Shown here: positions 11,050-21,942 of the stretch, in pieces
Numbering within the stretch: the stretch's first letter is position 1
Layout: each line of letters opens with the position of its first letter
Origin: Anthoceros angustus
Lineage: Eukaryota > Plantae > Anthocerotophyta
Direction of reading: 5' to 3'
Length of the DNA: 64,000 nt
NCBI GenBank assembly: GCA_010909165.1
Contig: MU008168.1
Location: 1,426,001-1,490,000 of the forward strand
Program-made: the position numbers and the translations under genes
The notes under the pieces: generated by a model
The model's database searches: none
The model's input: the letters and a program-made list of their open reading frames with translations, nothing else
What the model was told of the DNA's origin: nothing

Positions 11050-14000
11050 CAGGCTATAACTGTTCAACGAGAGAATCTGCGATGAGAATTACTGCTGGAA
11101 CAGCAGCGACGTGGTAGCTCTAGGCGTCCCCTGAGCTGGTTTACCACAATGAACAGTGCTTCTCTCAGTCACGGCAAACGCCGCTCTAGAAACGAAGCAC
11201 AGAGTCGTTCCGTAGGCTTAGATTCAGCTACAGCTCTGCAACTCGCTCCTTCTTTCCTCCCTACCCTCCATGAGCTCTCACTTGTTCATCTACACAAGGA
11301 AGCCGTGAGACGTTTCTCCTCCCAATAGCACGAGAGCCTAAACTTCTGAAATGAGCAGACAAGGAGCAATGAGAAAACACTTGTAGAAGTAGTTTGCTAG
11401 CAGCACCAACAGTGTCTCGCTGGAAACGATATGTGACAGGTGGCGGAAGGCGTACCCTACTCACGCTGGCCAGGCACGTGAAGAGCATGGAAAGGTCAGG
11501 ACCAGTATAGCTTCGCAGTGAGTGTGCGGTACAACGCGGAACACACCCCTGCATGCTGTGGATCACTGTCACGTTGTCCTCTCGACCAGAACTTTCTCAC
11601 AGCTTTGATGGACGTCAGGCTCCAACCAAAAGAGGAAAGCGCTATGAGAAGAAATTCCAGTGCCCCGAGGAGTCCCGAGTTGTACAGCACAGGCTCCCTC
11701 AACATCTGAGTGCTCAGCTTTCTTGCTTGTGGTAAGCCTGCCAGTGCCTCGACGATCATTAGTCACCAACACCTTTGGCTTGTTTGCCAGATAACTGCAT
11801 TCAGTGATTGGGTTTCAAAATATCAACAACAACATATAGCTTCTCCAGCTCCTTGTCTTCCACTTTCAATCCCCCCATGAGCATTAATGCAACACAGAAG
11901 GCAATCGTCGTTAGCTAGATGACGCGGCTTGACAACTTGCCTAATAGATGCTTTGCTACCCTAGGAATTGTTCACCACAAAATCGTTATCAAACTTCAAG
12001 GTCTCGAAAACGGATTCAAGTCGACCTCTGTCTACAGCTTCTCCAGGTCTGTCCTTTTCCATACTTACAATCACCACCAAACCTCCCCGTCTGCCTGCGC
12101 TTTCACTTGGATAACTAACGACAATATGTGATACGCTCTGCACTTCCTTCACTTCCAGAGATAGGTGTGCAGGAGCACATCAGAGAATCTGCTATTTGCA
12201 TCATCTTGTGCAAAAAGGCTGCCCCTCTTCCAGCCTCCCATCCTTCACCTCTTCTTAACATTCCGTTGCAGCGAACTGTCCGTTGGTCGGTCACCATTCT
12301 GGAGGCCCTGCCACACTACCAAAAAGTTAACATTCTGGAGGTCCTCATACAAAGTCTGAGCGGAGGCTTGCATTCAGCTGTTGAAGCATAGAGCAACATA
12401 CCCGAGTTCAGAAGCGGAGATACGTGGTGATGAACCCCAGGAGATGCCTAGATCAACGTTGATGCAGTGAGTTGCTGAAACCTGAAGGAGCCTTAGGGTT
12501 TCAGAGTGAGCATCAACAACAAGGCTGGTGGCTAGGTGGGATGAAGAAAGGTGGTCGCGCTGGCCGCCATCCAGTGGTTATGTTCAGGGGAAGCCCGCTT
12601 ACCTCGGTTCTCGGAAATGGTGCAGACGTCTATCATCGTTGCAGGAACACCCCTCTCGTGTACATGCCTAAAAGCCGGCCTCCTTTCCTTAAAGGACCAG
12701 CGATCTTCAGAAAGCAATCAGTGGGAGGAGCGCATGCGCCTGCAGACAGCCATCGGCAAATGCCACACGCAGAATCTTCCTCAGCGGGATCTTCCTCAGG
12801 AGGGTGCGGCATTTGTCTATGGCCGTCAGCAGCCGGATCGCAGACGGAAGAGAATGAGAACAGCTGGTGGTTTGAAGGAGAAGCAGTAGCGGCTACCGCG
12901 CCCGCGCAGCTGCTTGTCTTGCGAAACGAGAACTTCAGCAGCGGTATCAACAGCGGCAGCACCAGCCACAGTGGCAGCGCGCTCACATCGGCCCTCTCCT
13001 CCGCCGTGGCTAGCGGCCTCACCTCCCGAGTCCCGAGAGAGGGTTTCACGTTTGAGCTCAACACTGTCCTCGCTTCGGCTCTTTCTGCTCAAGGCTGCAG
13101 GTTGATTTTGCGTCGTAGTAACAGTGAAGGTTTTTGGAATGTTTTTGGAAGCTGGAAAAGATACCCTAACATTGGCTTAGAGGCATCACCGGTTGGTTAC
13201 GTACGATCGGCCATGGCCACATTAAGCTCACGTGGCCACGCAGACAGAGCACTGTAATGGTCAAGACCAATTCAGCTCTTCGGTGAGTGGGCTGTAAAAC
13301 AGTAAAACACGTGCACTGGAATTGTTTCTCAGATCCTTGCCAGACCTCCATCTCCGAGACCTCGCCTATCACGCTTGTGAAAATGCATAACACATTCAAT
13401 GGTGTGAGAGCCCTCAACGATGGCTCCCATCAAAGCTTTGATAAAGTTTGTGGCTTCCTCTTCATCCCTGAAAGATACTTCTCCATGACTGGTCGAGAAA
13501 GCAACGAGACAGTCGCTCACAGAATGCAGGGGTCGATTTTCTCCCGCTTTCTTGCTCCCCACTTGGCGCGCCCCTCAACGTCTGAGACCTCGGGCTTCTT
13601 GCCTGTGACAAGCCAGTGCCTCGACACGCACAGATCACAAACACCTTTCGCTTATTTGCATTCAGTGAAGGGCTTCAAAATATCACCTTTAACATACAAC
13701 TCCTCCTTGCCTTCCCACTTATCCAAAAGTAGTCCCTTACATCTTCTTCAACCCCCCGAAACTGGATTCCAGTGAGGGACATCCTTTTCCAGCCTTGGCT
13801 GGTCGGGAAGATAAAACATACATCCGCATGCAACAGATCTATAACTCATTCAACCAGAGGACAGCAAATCTGCTGGATTTACTTCTTGAAACCAAAGCTA
13901 CAGCTGACAGGTACAGCTCTACAACTCGCTCCTCCTTTCCTCCCTACCCTCCATGAGCTATCATCTGTTCATCCACACAAAAGAGGCTGTGAGCAGTTTT

Positions 14001-14450
14001 CTCTGCCAATTGGATGCGAGGCTGAACTTCAGAAATGAGCAGAAAAAGGAGAAAGGAGAGGACCCTAGTAGAAGCAGGTTGCTGCACCAACAGTGTCTCG
14101 CTGGAAACGATACCTGACAGTTGATTGAAGGCACCACAGGTTGATTACTTACAATGGGCCATGGCCAGGTTGGTTACTCACGCTGGCCAGGAAAGTAATC
14201 AAGAGCAGGTAATCGTCAAGAACAGTACAGCTCTTTAGTGAGTGTGCTGGACACTGGAAAGCTTTGTCAGAACCTTGCCTGTCTTGCTCTGTCTACTGCT
14301 CCTCCGGGTCTGCCCTTTTCCATGCTCACGATCACTGCCAAACCCCTCCGTCCGCCTGCCTCAACGCTCTTGTTAGAATAACTCCTAGCGAGATGTACAT
14401 TCGACTGGTCTGGCTTTACTTGCAGGGTAGATCTGTAGAAGATTGACCGG
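11050..14450 (-). pseudogene. Mosaic of degenerate paralogous coding-like segments (identity unresolved, possibly from the LRR-ROC-COR family)
   Basis: Approximate pairs: 11225-11530 with 13895-14250, 11730-11850 with 13600-13720, and 11060-11225 with 19370-19490. All frames contain many stops. Confidence 0.4.
12670..12850. repeat. Dispersed fold-back repeat, copy 1
   Basis: Imperfect 24-bp arms at 12745-12768 and 12804-12827. Close homologues at 18451-18613 and 21120-21214. Confidence 0.85.
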
Positions 14451-16395
14451 AGAAGCTGTTATTTGATTTCAATTCTGCAACAGGTGCAACCAGAGTTTCC
14501 AAGCAACATGTGCATTATTTGTGATCATCCAGCTCTTGAGAAACCAAATCAATGTATATCCCCATCTTTAATAGATCTTCTTTTTGTTGCAAAATGATAT
14601 TATGGTCCATCTACTATGGTTGCATATTCTTTATTGGCCAATAAAATAGATGACTGATGTTTCGTGCCGCGAGAGATGCTTTTCTAAGACAGTGTGTAGT
14701 GTGCATAATTCGCAGCAATCACCTCTTATTTGTAAGAACACATTGGTGTTTTCTATATCTACATAACGTGAGAGACACCACACATTCACGTCTAAGGATA
14801 CGTTCAACTAGTGTAAGTCCCACACACCCTTCATTCGAAGCACTAGTGTAAGTCCCACACACCCTTCATTCGAAGCACTAGTGTAAGTCCCACACACCCT
14901 TCATTCGAAGCACAAAATGAACGAAAATGAGATACAATATGTTCACGCAGGAGTGATACTGACCTTAAATGACCTTCGGTTGAACGAGCTAGTATATCTA
15001 TAGAACAACCTACTTTAGCATTCAATTCAATAAAGATGTCAAGAAATTCTGCAGATAATAGAAGTCCATTGGGCAACAAGATTATCCTAGAATCAATCGA
15101 TTTAACCTTATCATCCACCCATTCTTCCTCCAAATAATAATAGTACATGAATACTCATCATATATATCAACAAAAAATTATATAAGTAGCAAATAACGCA
15201 TCAATTTATCAAAGATGACAAGAAACCTAGCTATGACTTGGGATTGGTTACAATCTTGTAAACAAAGAAAAAATACTGGTGTAAGAAATGTCCAATCTTG
15301 GTCACCACATTGTAAATGCAAGCCTAAGGAGATACAATAATAAGGGTTACCACCATATGCAGGCCATAATAGTTGTCAATCAACTCCTGGTATATTACCT
15401 TCTCCATATGCACATGTGGGTACAAAATAACATTGTTGACCTTCTTCATCATGACTCTCCCAACAAAGATGCAACTCAAGCATCAGTTTGATGAATTGTT
15501 CCTCACTAACCACGGTTTCGACAAGCCCACCTTGTTCATAGACATTTTTAAAAGCTTGCTCCGCCCATTTTTGCTTATAAATCCATGGCCATATTGAAGT
15601 TGAAGCCTATCTTGTCCATAGTATGGTTTACCTAATATATGTACTAATAAGTTGACCAAACCCATTCCTAACTACTGAAGGTTTACCATCACAAGATTCG
15701 ACTTTTGAAAATACATTATCTCCCCCGAATCCTTGAGGTACGGAGCTACTACTCCCCAACTATCATATTTTACTATGAAATCTGTAAGAAATATTTTATA
15801 ATCTTCTGATAGAGGATGCTCTAATGCGCACCTGCATGTGTCATGGAACAACTCCTTAAAATTATGAATAGAAATGATGGGCATATTGTGTTGCCCCTCA
15901 GCCCACCTTTGAATATGTACTCTCATTTGCTCACATATATATCAGGATCTAGAGGTAACTTTTGAACAAGATACTCCAACTTCTTCTCTATATTTCTACG
16001 CAGTGCATTTTCATGTTCGCAACTTTGTCCATTAGTGAAAATCGACTCATATGATATCTCCACCAAATTCATAGTTTTTGTTTAACCTTTGCAATTTCCT
16101 CACATATAGTAATAGAATGCCAATCTCCATCTTAAAACTTCTATACAAATATTATAATTACATATGTATAAGATTTAACCTGATAAACTAACTTCGAATT
16201 GGAAGAAATGAACTTGAACCAAAAAATAAATTCTTCGTTGAAATCTTTTCTATCTTTATTTTGTCATAATCACTCAACTTGAATGGATTATAAACAAACA
16301 AAAAGAGTGAATAGTTATTAACAATAGAAAATATAAAATCATGAAGAGAATGATATTCTTGTGCATTGCTAGATCCCAATCCATAATCCTCAATG
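14450..16395 (-). pseudogene. AT-rich TORNADO1-like ROC-COR (Roco) relic
   Basis: Minus strand across frameshifts reads IMDWDLA/QEYHSLHDFIF...SLFLFVYNPF (Roc G3 region), VAPYLKDSGEIMYFQKSNLVMVN, YGHGFISKN, LELHLCWE...CYFVP...LLWP and GLHLQCGDQDWTFLTPVFF. These are collinear with remembered TRN1 motifs (WNLAGQ.EF..LHD, LH..GEVIYF, NGFVSRK, GR.LQCDD..FLT.GFF). Confidence 0.75.
14807..14913. repeat. Perfect tandem repeat, 3 x 35 bp
   Basis: ACTAGTGTAAGTCCCACACACCCTTCATTCGAAGC occurs three times with no spacers. Confidence 0.95.
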
Positions 16396-16772
16396 TTACG
16401 ACGTCACGTACACAGACAGCCAATCAGTCGAATGCTCAGACTGCCAACAGCACCATCGAGTGCTGCGTTTCGGTATGTGCATTCGACAAACTGATTGCAT
16501 TAACAACAGCTGGGAAGTTGGGACCAATGCATAGAGGTAGTTGAATTCATACCTGCGGCGCCATGGCCAGCAGCGGTTGGCCCTTGTGAGGAACCTGGAC
16601 AAAAGTGAGAAAACACAGTATGTAGGAGTTTGTGGCTGGTTTGTGAGTGTCGAGATCAAGACAACCCAGCTAGCTTGGTACACCTACCCTGTCGTCCTGC
16701 GCTTCTTCTGCGTACGTTTCTTGTGAGAGCATCCTGGATACGTTTCCCTTTGCCTTCCCTTTCCCAGAATGT

Positions 16773-18640
16773 TTAGATGCTCTCTAGAACGTTGTTGATT
16801 TGAGGTCCCAGAGACCCCATCAAGTCGTGGAACATGTCCTCATCCAACCCTTGCCAACCATCCAGCACCAGCTTCTTGATGCTGCGGTTGCTGTGCTGGA
16901 AAAACGCCTTTGTGAACCTGCATAGACCAAGGGGCTTCCGAAAGTGAAGCCACAGCTCCTGAACGGTCTTGCACTCCTCGGGGATGATGATGAGCGTAGG
17001 ATCCATATGTCCTCATCGTCCGAATAGTGCATGTGAGATACTTGGCGTCCGGTGATACTGCTGTTTCCACGGAGCGCTACCAATCCGCGTTACGAAGAAG
17101 CTGTCAAGTGAGAGCTGATCCAAAGCACGCGAGCCAGCGCTTCTCCCAACCCCGGCTCCTCGGCCTGCTGGCCTCCCGGACACTCAAGAAAAAGCTGTGT
17201 GATTGAGCGATTGCAAGCAGGATCCGGAGGAGGATTGTGATCCGGCGTGATCGTTCCCACTTAGATCTAAACCATTGCGTCCAAGGGCTGCAACGATGTC
17301 ACCCAGCCCTTGTGCACTCAATCCCACTTCCTGAAATTGCCGGTACACCAATGAGAGAGAAGATCTGTGGATGACGGCCGACAGTGCCTGCACACAAGCT
17401 GGTGTCGTCGCAAAGCCCATGTAGCCACTCCAACCCAGCTGCTGCAGCACAGGGTTGTGTTGCAAGCCCGATAAGAGTGCCAACGCCGGAGAGGTGGTGG
17501 GAAGAGATCTAACCAGGCCCTCGAACGTGTGGTCGTCCAGGCCATCCCAACCATCCAACGCCAGCACCTCGATGCTAGGGTTGTTGTGTTTGAACAGCTC
17601 CTTGATGGACTTGCTCCCGTAGGGTTTCATGAACTGGAGTCCCAGCATTTCCAGCTTCCCGCACCTGTGCAGGATTTGCAGCAGCACAGGATCCAGCTCC
17701 TCCCCATCCAGGAAATGGTGGTGGTACAATTGAAGTGCCAACGATGCTGCTGTCGTGATGCAGTACGGACAAGCCGCGTGTCACAGAAAAGCTGGATACG
17801 TATGTTCAGGACCTTCAAAGTGGAGTTGGAGCGAAGCATTACAGCCATGGCTTCCGCGAGCTATCCTTGCCTGCTCCCGGCAGCCCGGTTACCCCGAGCC
17901 AGAGATTGGTGATGGATTGGTTGTACCTTCTGGGCTCCGCGTCCGAGCTGGAGGAGGACACGCCATCAATCAAGGCTGTCAAGAGAGGAATCAACATGGC
18001 TGCCTGCTCAGGGTTCTCCTGCGCATGCCGGTCATACCCGATGTCGAGCCTTGTCAGTGTGGTGCTGCGGGTCACAGCGTCGGCAATCGCCGCGGCGCCG
18101 GCATCATCCATCCCGGACAACCCCAAGGTTCGCAGCACAGGCGAGTGGGTGAGGATGCCAGCTACATGCCCCGCCCCTGCAGCATTCCCTATGTAGATGC
18201 GATCGCGGCACAACTTGCGGAGAAATGAGCCGCTGCTGTTGTCTCGCAATGCTGCGGACATATGATGGCTCGCCAGGCCTTCCACGCTCACCTCAACTCC
18301 CTGCACATCTAGCTTATCCAAGCTGGGGACTTCGGAGGAGGGCTCCCCGGCCTACAATGTCACTTGTGGACGGCGGGGCCTTCCAGGGAAAAACGAATCC
18401 CTGCGAGGTGTTTTCTGATGTCGATATTGTCCACCCTATCCATCCGTCCCAAAAGCCGGCTTCCATTCCTTACAGGGCCTGCGATCTTCAGAAAGCAATC
18501 AGCGCCTGCAGACAGCCATCGGCAAATGCCACACGCTGAATCTTCCTCAGCGGGATCTTCCTCAGGAGTGTGCGGCATTTGCCTGTGGCCGTCAGCAGCC
18601 GGATCGCAGACGGCCTTCAAATGTCCCAATCTCTTCATCT
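16773..18640 (-). pseudogene. Ribonuclease-inhibitor-like LRR relic (TRN1-like N-terminal region), fragmented
   Basis: LTHSPVLRTLGLSGMDDAGAAAIADAVTRSTTLTRLDIG, MLRSNSTLKVLNI and LSAQGLGDIVAALGRNGLDLSGND are split over several frames. The module SIEVLALDGWDGLD / SIKKLVLDGWQGLD is duplicated. Confidence 0.7.
18451..18613. repeat. Dispersed fold-back repeat, copy 2
   Basis: Arms at 18511-18534 and 18570-18593. Nearly identical to 12670-12850. Confidence 0.85.
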
Positions 18641-21119
18641 ATTTCCGCTGCAGCTAGGCTTCCACACTGTGCAGATGCGACATCGCCAGACCACACCACG
18701 ACGGAGCTGGCAGCTATGTGCGGCCCTGCAAGTATTCCAAGGGTTTGGAGGTGGCTTCCATCCTGGCCCTACAAGTATTTCAAGGGTAAAAGCCTTTTCT
18801 GATTGGATCCTTTGGCTGGTAGTCGGCAGTAGAGCAGCAAGTAGTTTAGAAACAAGCAAGAAGTTTCGGAATAATATACGCTGAACTGTCGGCAGCAATC
18901 ACTTATCACTTTGAAGTAGACTAGGTGTACATACGTGTATAGCGAGCCTTAGGTACGCCGGTTACATTTCAATGAAGAGCAAAGGCATCGAACATCATTT
19001 GTTTCCTTTGCGCATTTCCACAGCAGCACAACAATGGTGAGCTGATTGTCGCAGTATGTGGTGGCGCTGATCAAGGAAATGAGGATGGGGCTATGGTCCA
19101 ACCAGACTTGGATGCGCTTCAACCAGCCTACCAGCCCTGGAGATGCTTCGCAAATAAATCCTGCGGCCCTGCGCACACCCGGATGAAGGATGAAGCAATA
19201 GATGTTTATCGGCCCCGCCGATTTGTTCGGGTAGGTGTATGTAATGGTCATTTGCATTTCGTGTTGGACGTCTGGTTGGCAGAGTTTCAAGCCAGCTGGC
19301 ACTTGGTTTGCTCTGAAAGCCTGATATGCTTAGTGCAGGGCTATGAGAAGAGACGCTTCCACATTTGAACTGTTCAACGACAAATTTGCTATGAGAATTA
19401 TGGCTGGAACAGCAGCAAATATGGACATTGATGGAGTGCCTCCTCCACTGGAAAAGAAGCAGAGAGTCGTTCTGTAGGCTTTGACTCAGGCTGACGATTC
19501 AAATTTCCCTCCCATGTACCTCCCTGCCTAAGCACCTCAAATCTGCAGCCAAAAGGTTCAAAAATTCACTTTCATAACCAGCCCTCGTAATTCGTTCAAG
19601 TAAACATCTCACTACGTGTGTAGGTTACATACATACAGTACGAGGCCTGCAGAATCTCGTGAGTGGGGCAAGGGGTTCAACTTCGGAGGAGGGCTCCACT
19701 ACGATGTCTCTGGTGGCTACCGGTCTTCCATGAAGGGATGAATCGCTGCCAGGTGTTGCCCGAATTCCATATTGTTCACCCAATCCGTACGGTACACTCT
19801 GAACCGGGATCAGAACTTGACAGAGGTCACCACCAAGCCCGCAGTATAGTCAAGAAGATTCCTGTCAACATACTGTACAACCGGAGGCCTGCAGCAGGTT
19901 GTGAGTGGAGCCAGGGGTTCTGACTTGGGAGGACAGCTCCACTACCAACTATGTCTCGAGGGTGACTGACTGGGCCTTCCAGGAAAGGATACATTCTTGC
20001 AAGGAGTTGTCAGGTCATGAATTCTTGTTATCCATCCTATCCGAACAAAACACTGCACACTGGATTCAGAAACTTGACGCATCTTCCGCTCTTTCATCTC
20101 ACATCGGAGTCAAGCATCTGCTTTGTAGAGCATCCGCGCTTTCATCCGAGTCCAGCTTCATAAATTTGTGAATGAAGCTGGCGCCTCTGGTGTAGGGCTC
20201 TACGCGTTTAGGAGGCACACAAACATGACATGGCTGACCATGCAGACGGATTCCCTCCTCTTGCATACTAGCATGAAGGGTAAGGGTTTCTTGCCCACGG
20301 CCGCCCTGAGCGTTACTCTGCAAGTAGCGTACTCCATGTGGCCACATTTCTTGAATCCAGCTTGTGAAAGCCTGTGCGAGCATCAACCAACCTCCCGCAT
20401 TTCGCCTACATTTCGACCAGGCAGCTGCCAGCAGATAACGTCAGGCGCAAGCCCACTATTTTTATCTTTCGGAATGGACCGTCTGCGCTGGCTCAAGCCC
20501 TATGTGCTGCTACAGACAGATGGTTGTGTGCAACACAGTGGATGACTGTCGCATCCTGAAATAGATCTCAATTGCCTGCCAGTGCCTGTGCCTAGCCTGT
20601 CCATTGTCACCATGTACTTCGATAATAGAGGACCACAAATAAAGCATTGGGACCAGCCACTCCATCCAATGCATCCTCAACCTCCCTGGGCAGGGCAGCA
20701 CACATGCTGATGACGTGATGACGCAACGAATCTGCTATAGCACCAACTGCCCAGGGCAGTTCGGTGCTAAATCAGGCCTCCTGGAAGACCTTGCAACCCG
20801 GATGGCTTGTTCACTGTGATCTGGAAAACATCAACACCATATTGGGACATGTAAAGCCTCCAGAGCATCAACCCCAACTCAGCATCCTTACTCACCAGCT
20901 GCAGCTCCTCGAAAAGAACAGGTAGCTCACAGGGAGCAGGGCCCTCACCCCAGGGAAGCTTCTGGTATACAATTTTAGAACCGAAACTGAAGAAAGGACC
21001 AGCTTGGTCAGGCACTGTAAAGAGCTGGGGTTACAGACAACAACTGAACGGTGGAGGACAATGGATACCACATCTGAGCTTCGCTTCCGGGGTCGTGGTC
21101 ACCTGCCCTTTCACCTTGG

Positions 21120-21214
21120 GCGCCTGCGCCTGCTGACAGCCATCGGCAAATGTCACACGCTGGATCTTCCTCAGCGTGCGGCAGTTGCCGACGGCCGCCA
21201 GCAGACGCAGGCGC
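21120..21214 (-). ncRNA. 43-bp-stem hairpin (pre-miRNA-like or MITE-like), copy 3 of the fold-back repeat
   Basis: Arms at 21120-21162 and 21172-21214 with a 9-nt loop. There are 7 non-Watson-Crick positions, 5 of which become G-U pairs on the minus strand. TATATATA lies at ~21270-21277, upstream on the minus strand. The hairpin is certain but RNA function is inferred. Confidence 0.4.
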
Positions 21215-21518
21215 TTCTTCCAGCGCTGTGACTCGCACTCCGGCTTTGCGGGCAAAGCACTCCACGTAGTATATATAGAACACTCCTGCCAGACTCCCCC
21301 TTTCCCTTACTCCTCAGGTCCTCAAAAGTGCCGTTCACGGAAGTCTGCGTGAATTCCAGCCACAGCTTTTGCGAGAGCCACTTAGTCTCGAGACTTGAAG
21401 ATTCGCGATGACGAACGCAAGGACCCGTCTATCAAATAGTGCCGCACGCCTTGGATTTGAAAGTTGGCGGAAAAAAATCTTCTGCATTGTATCTGGGATG
21501 AATTGTTTGTGGTTGGTT

Positions 21519-21680
21519 AGCACTTGGAGCTCGGAGCTTTTGATTCGGAAGGAGCATGATAGCAGTGTTTCTAGACCACCGCTTGATGCAGACACAGCCC
21601 ACGTAAGCGGATGCCACAATCCCTGTACCGCATTCAGATGCAAACTTGGGATTTTCCGAGGCAATCTTGTCATGGTTAGG
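21519..21680 (+). pseudogene. Duplicated exon-plus-intron fragment of the neighbouring PSS1 gene
   Basis: ATGATAGCAGTGTTTCT...GATGCCACAATCCCTGTACCGCATTCAG(A/T)TGCAAACTTGGGATTTTC...TCTTGTCATGGTTAGG is shared with 25106-25229. Confidence 0.85.
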
Positions 21681-21942
21681 GTTGAAGCTGAACGGGAAGG
21701 GAGGACAAAGGCCAGAGGAACAGCTTGCCTGCACGGACGAGAATGAACGGGAAGGGAGGGCGAAGGCCGGAGGAACAGCTTGCCTGCTACAGCTCGTTCG
21801 TGCCTTTTTGTCACGACAGATGGGAAAGCTATGTTTCTACAGTTCTGCATATCCCGGACGTGTTCAGACCTATATGAAGTAACTCTGTACCTCACACAGA
21901 CTGATGACTTCACAAAATTTCAAGGCCAGCACCTGAATCTGT

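Noticed and set aside
12472-13257. 261-aa plus-strand ORF
   Set aside because: No recognisable domain. It spans the fold-back repeat and GC-rich low-complexity sequence and is probably incidental.
14450-16395. AT-rich DNA transposase remnant or organellar insertion
   Set aside because: The translated fragments match ROC-COR motifs in order, and no DDE or organellar gene motifs were seen.
16400-16730. Possible plus-strand COR fragment (FIPA...YVG...C.DQD)
   Set aside because: The match needs several frameshifts and is too weak to support by eye.
20100-21050. Short ORFs of 60-125 aa
   Set aside because: No motif, consistent splice pattern or paralogy that I can support.
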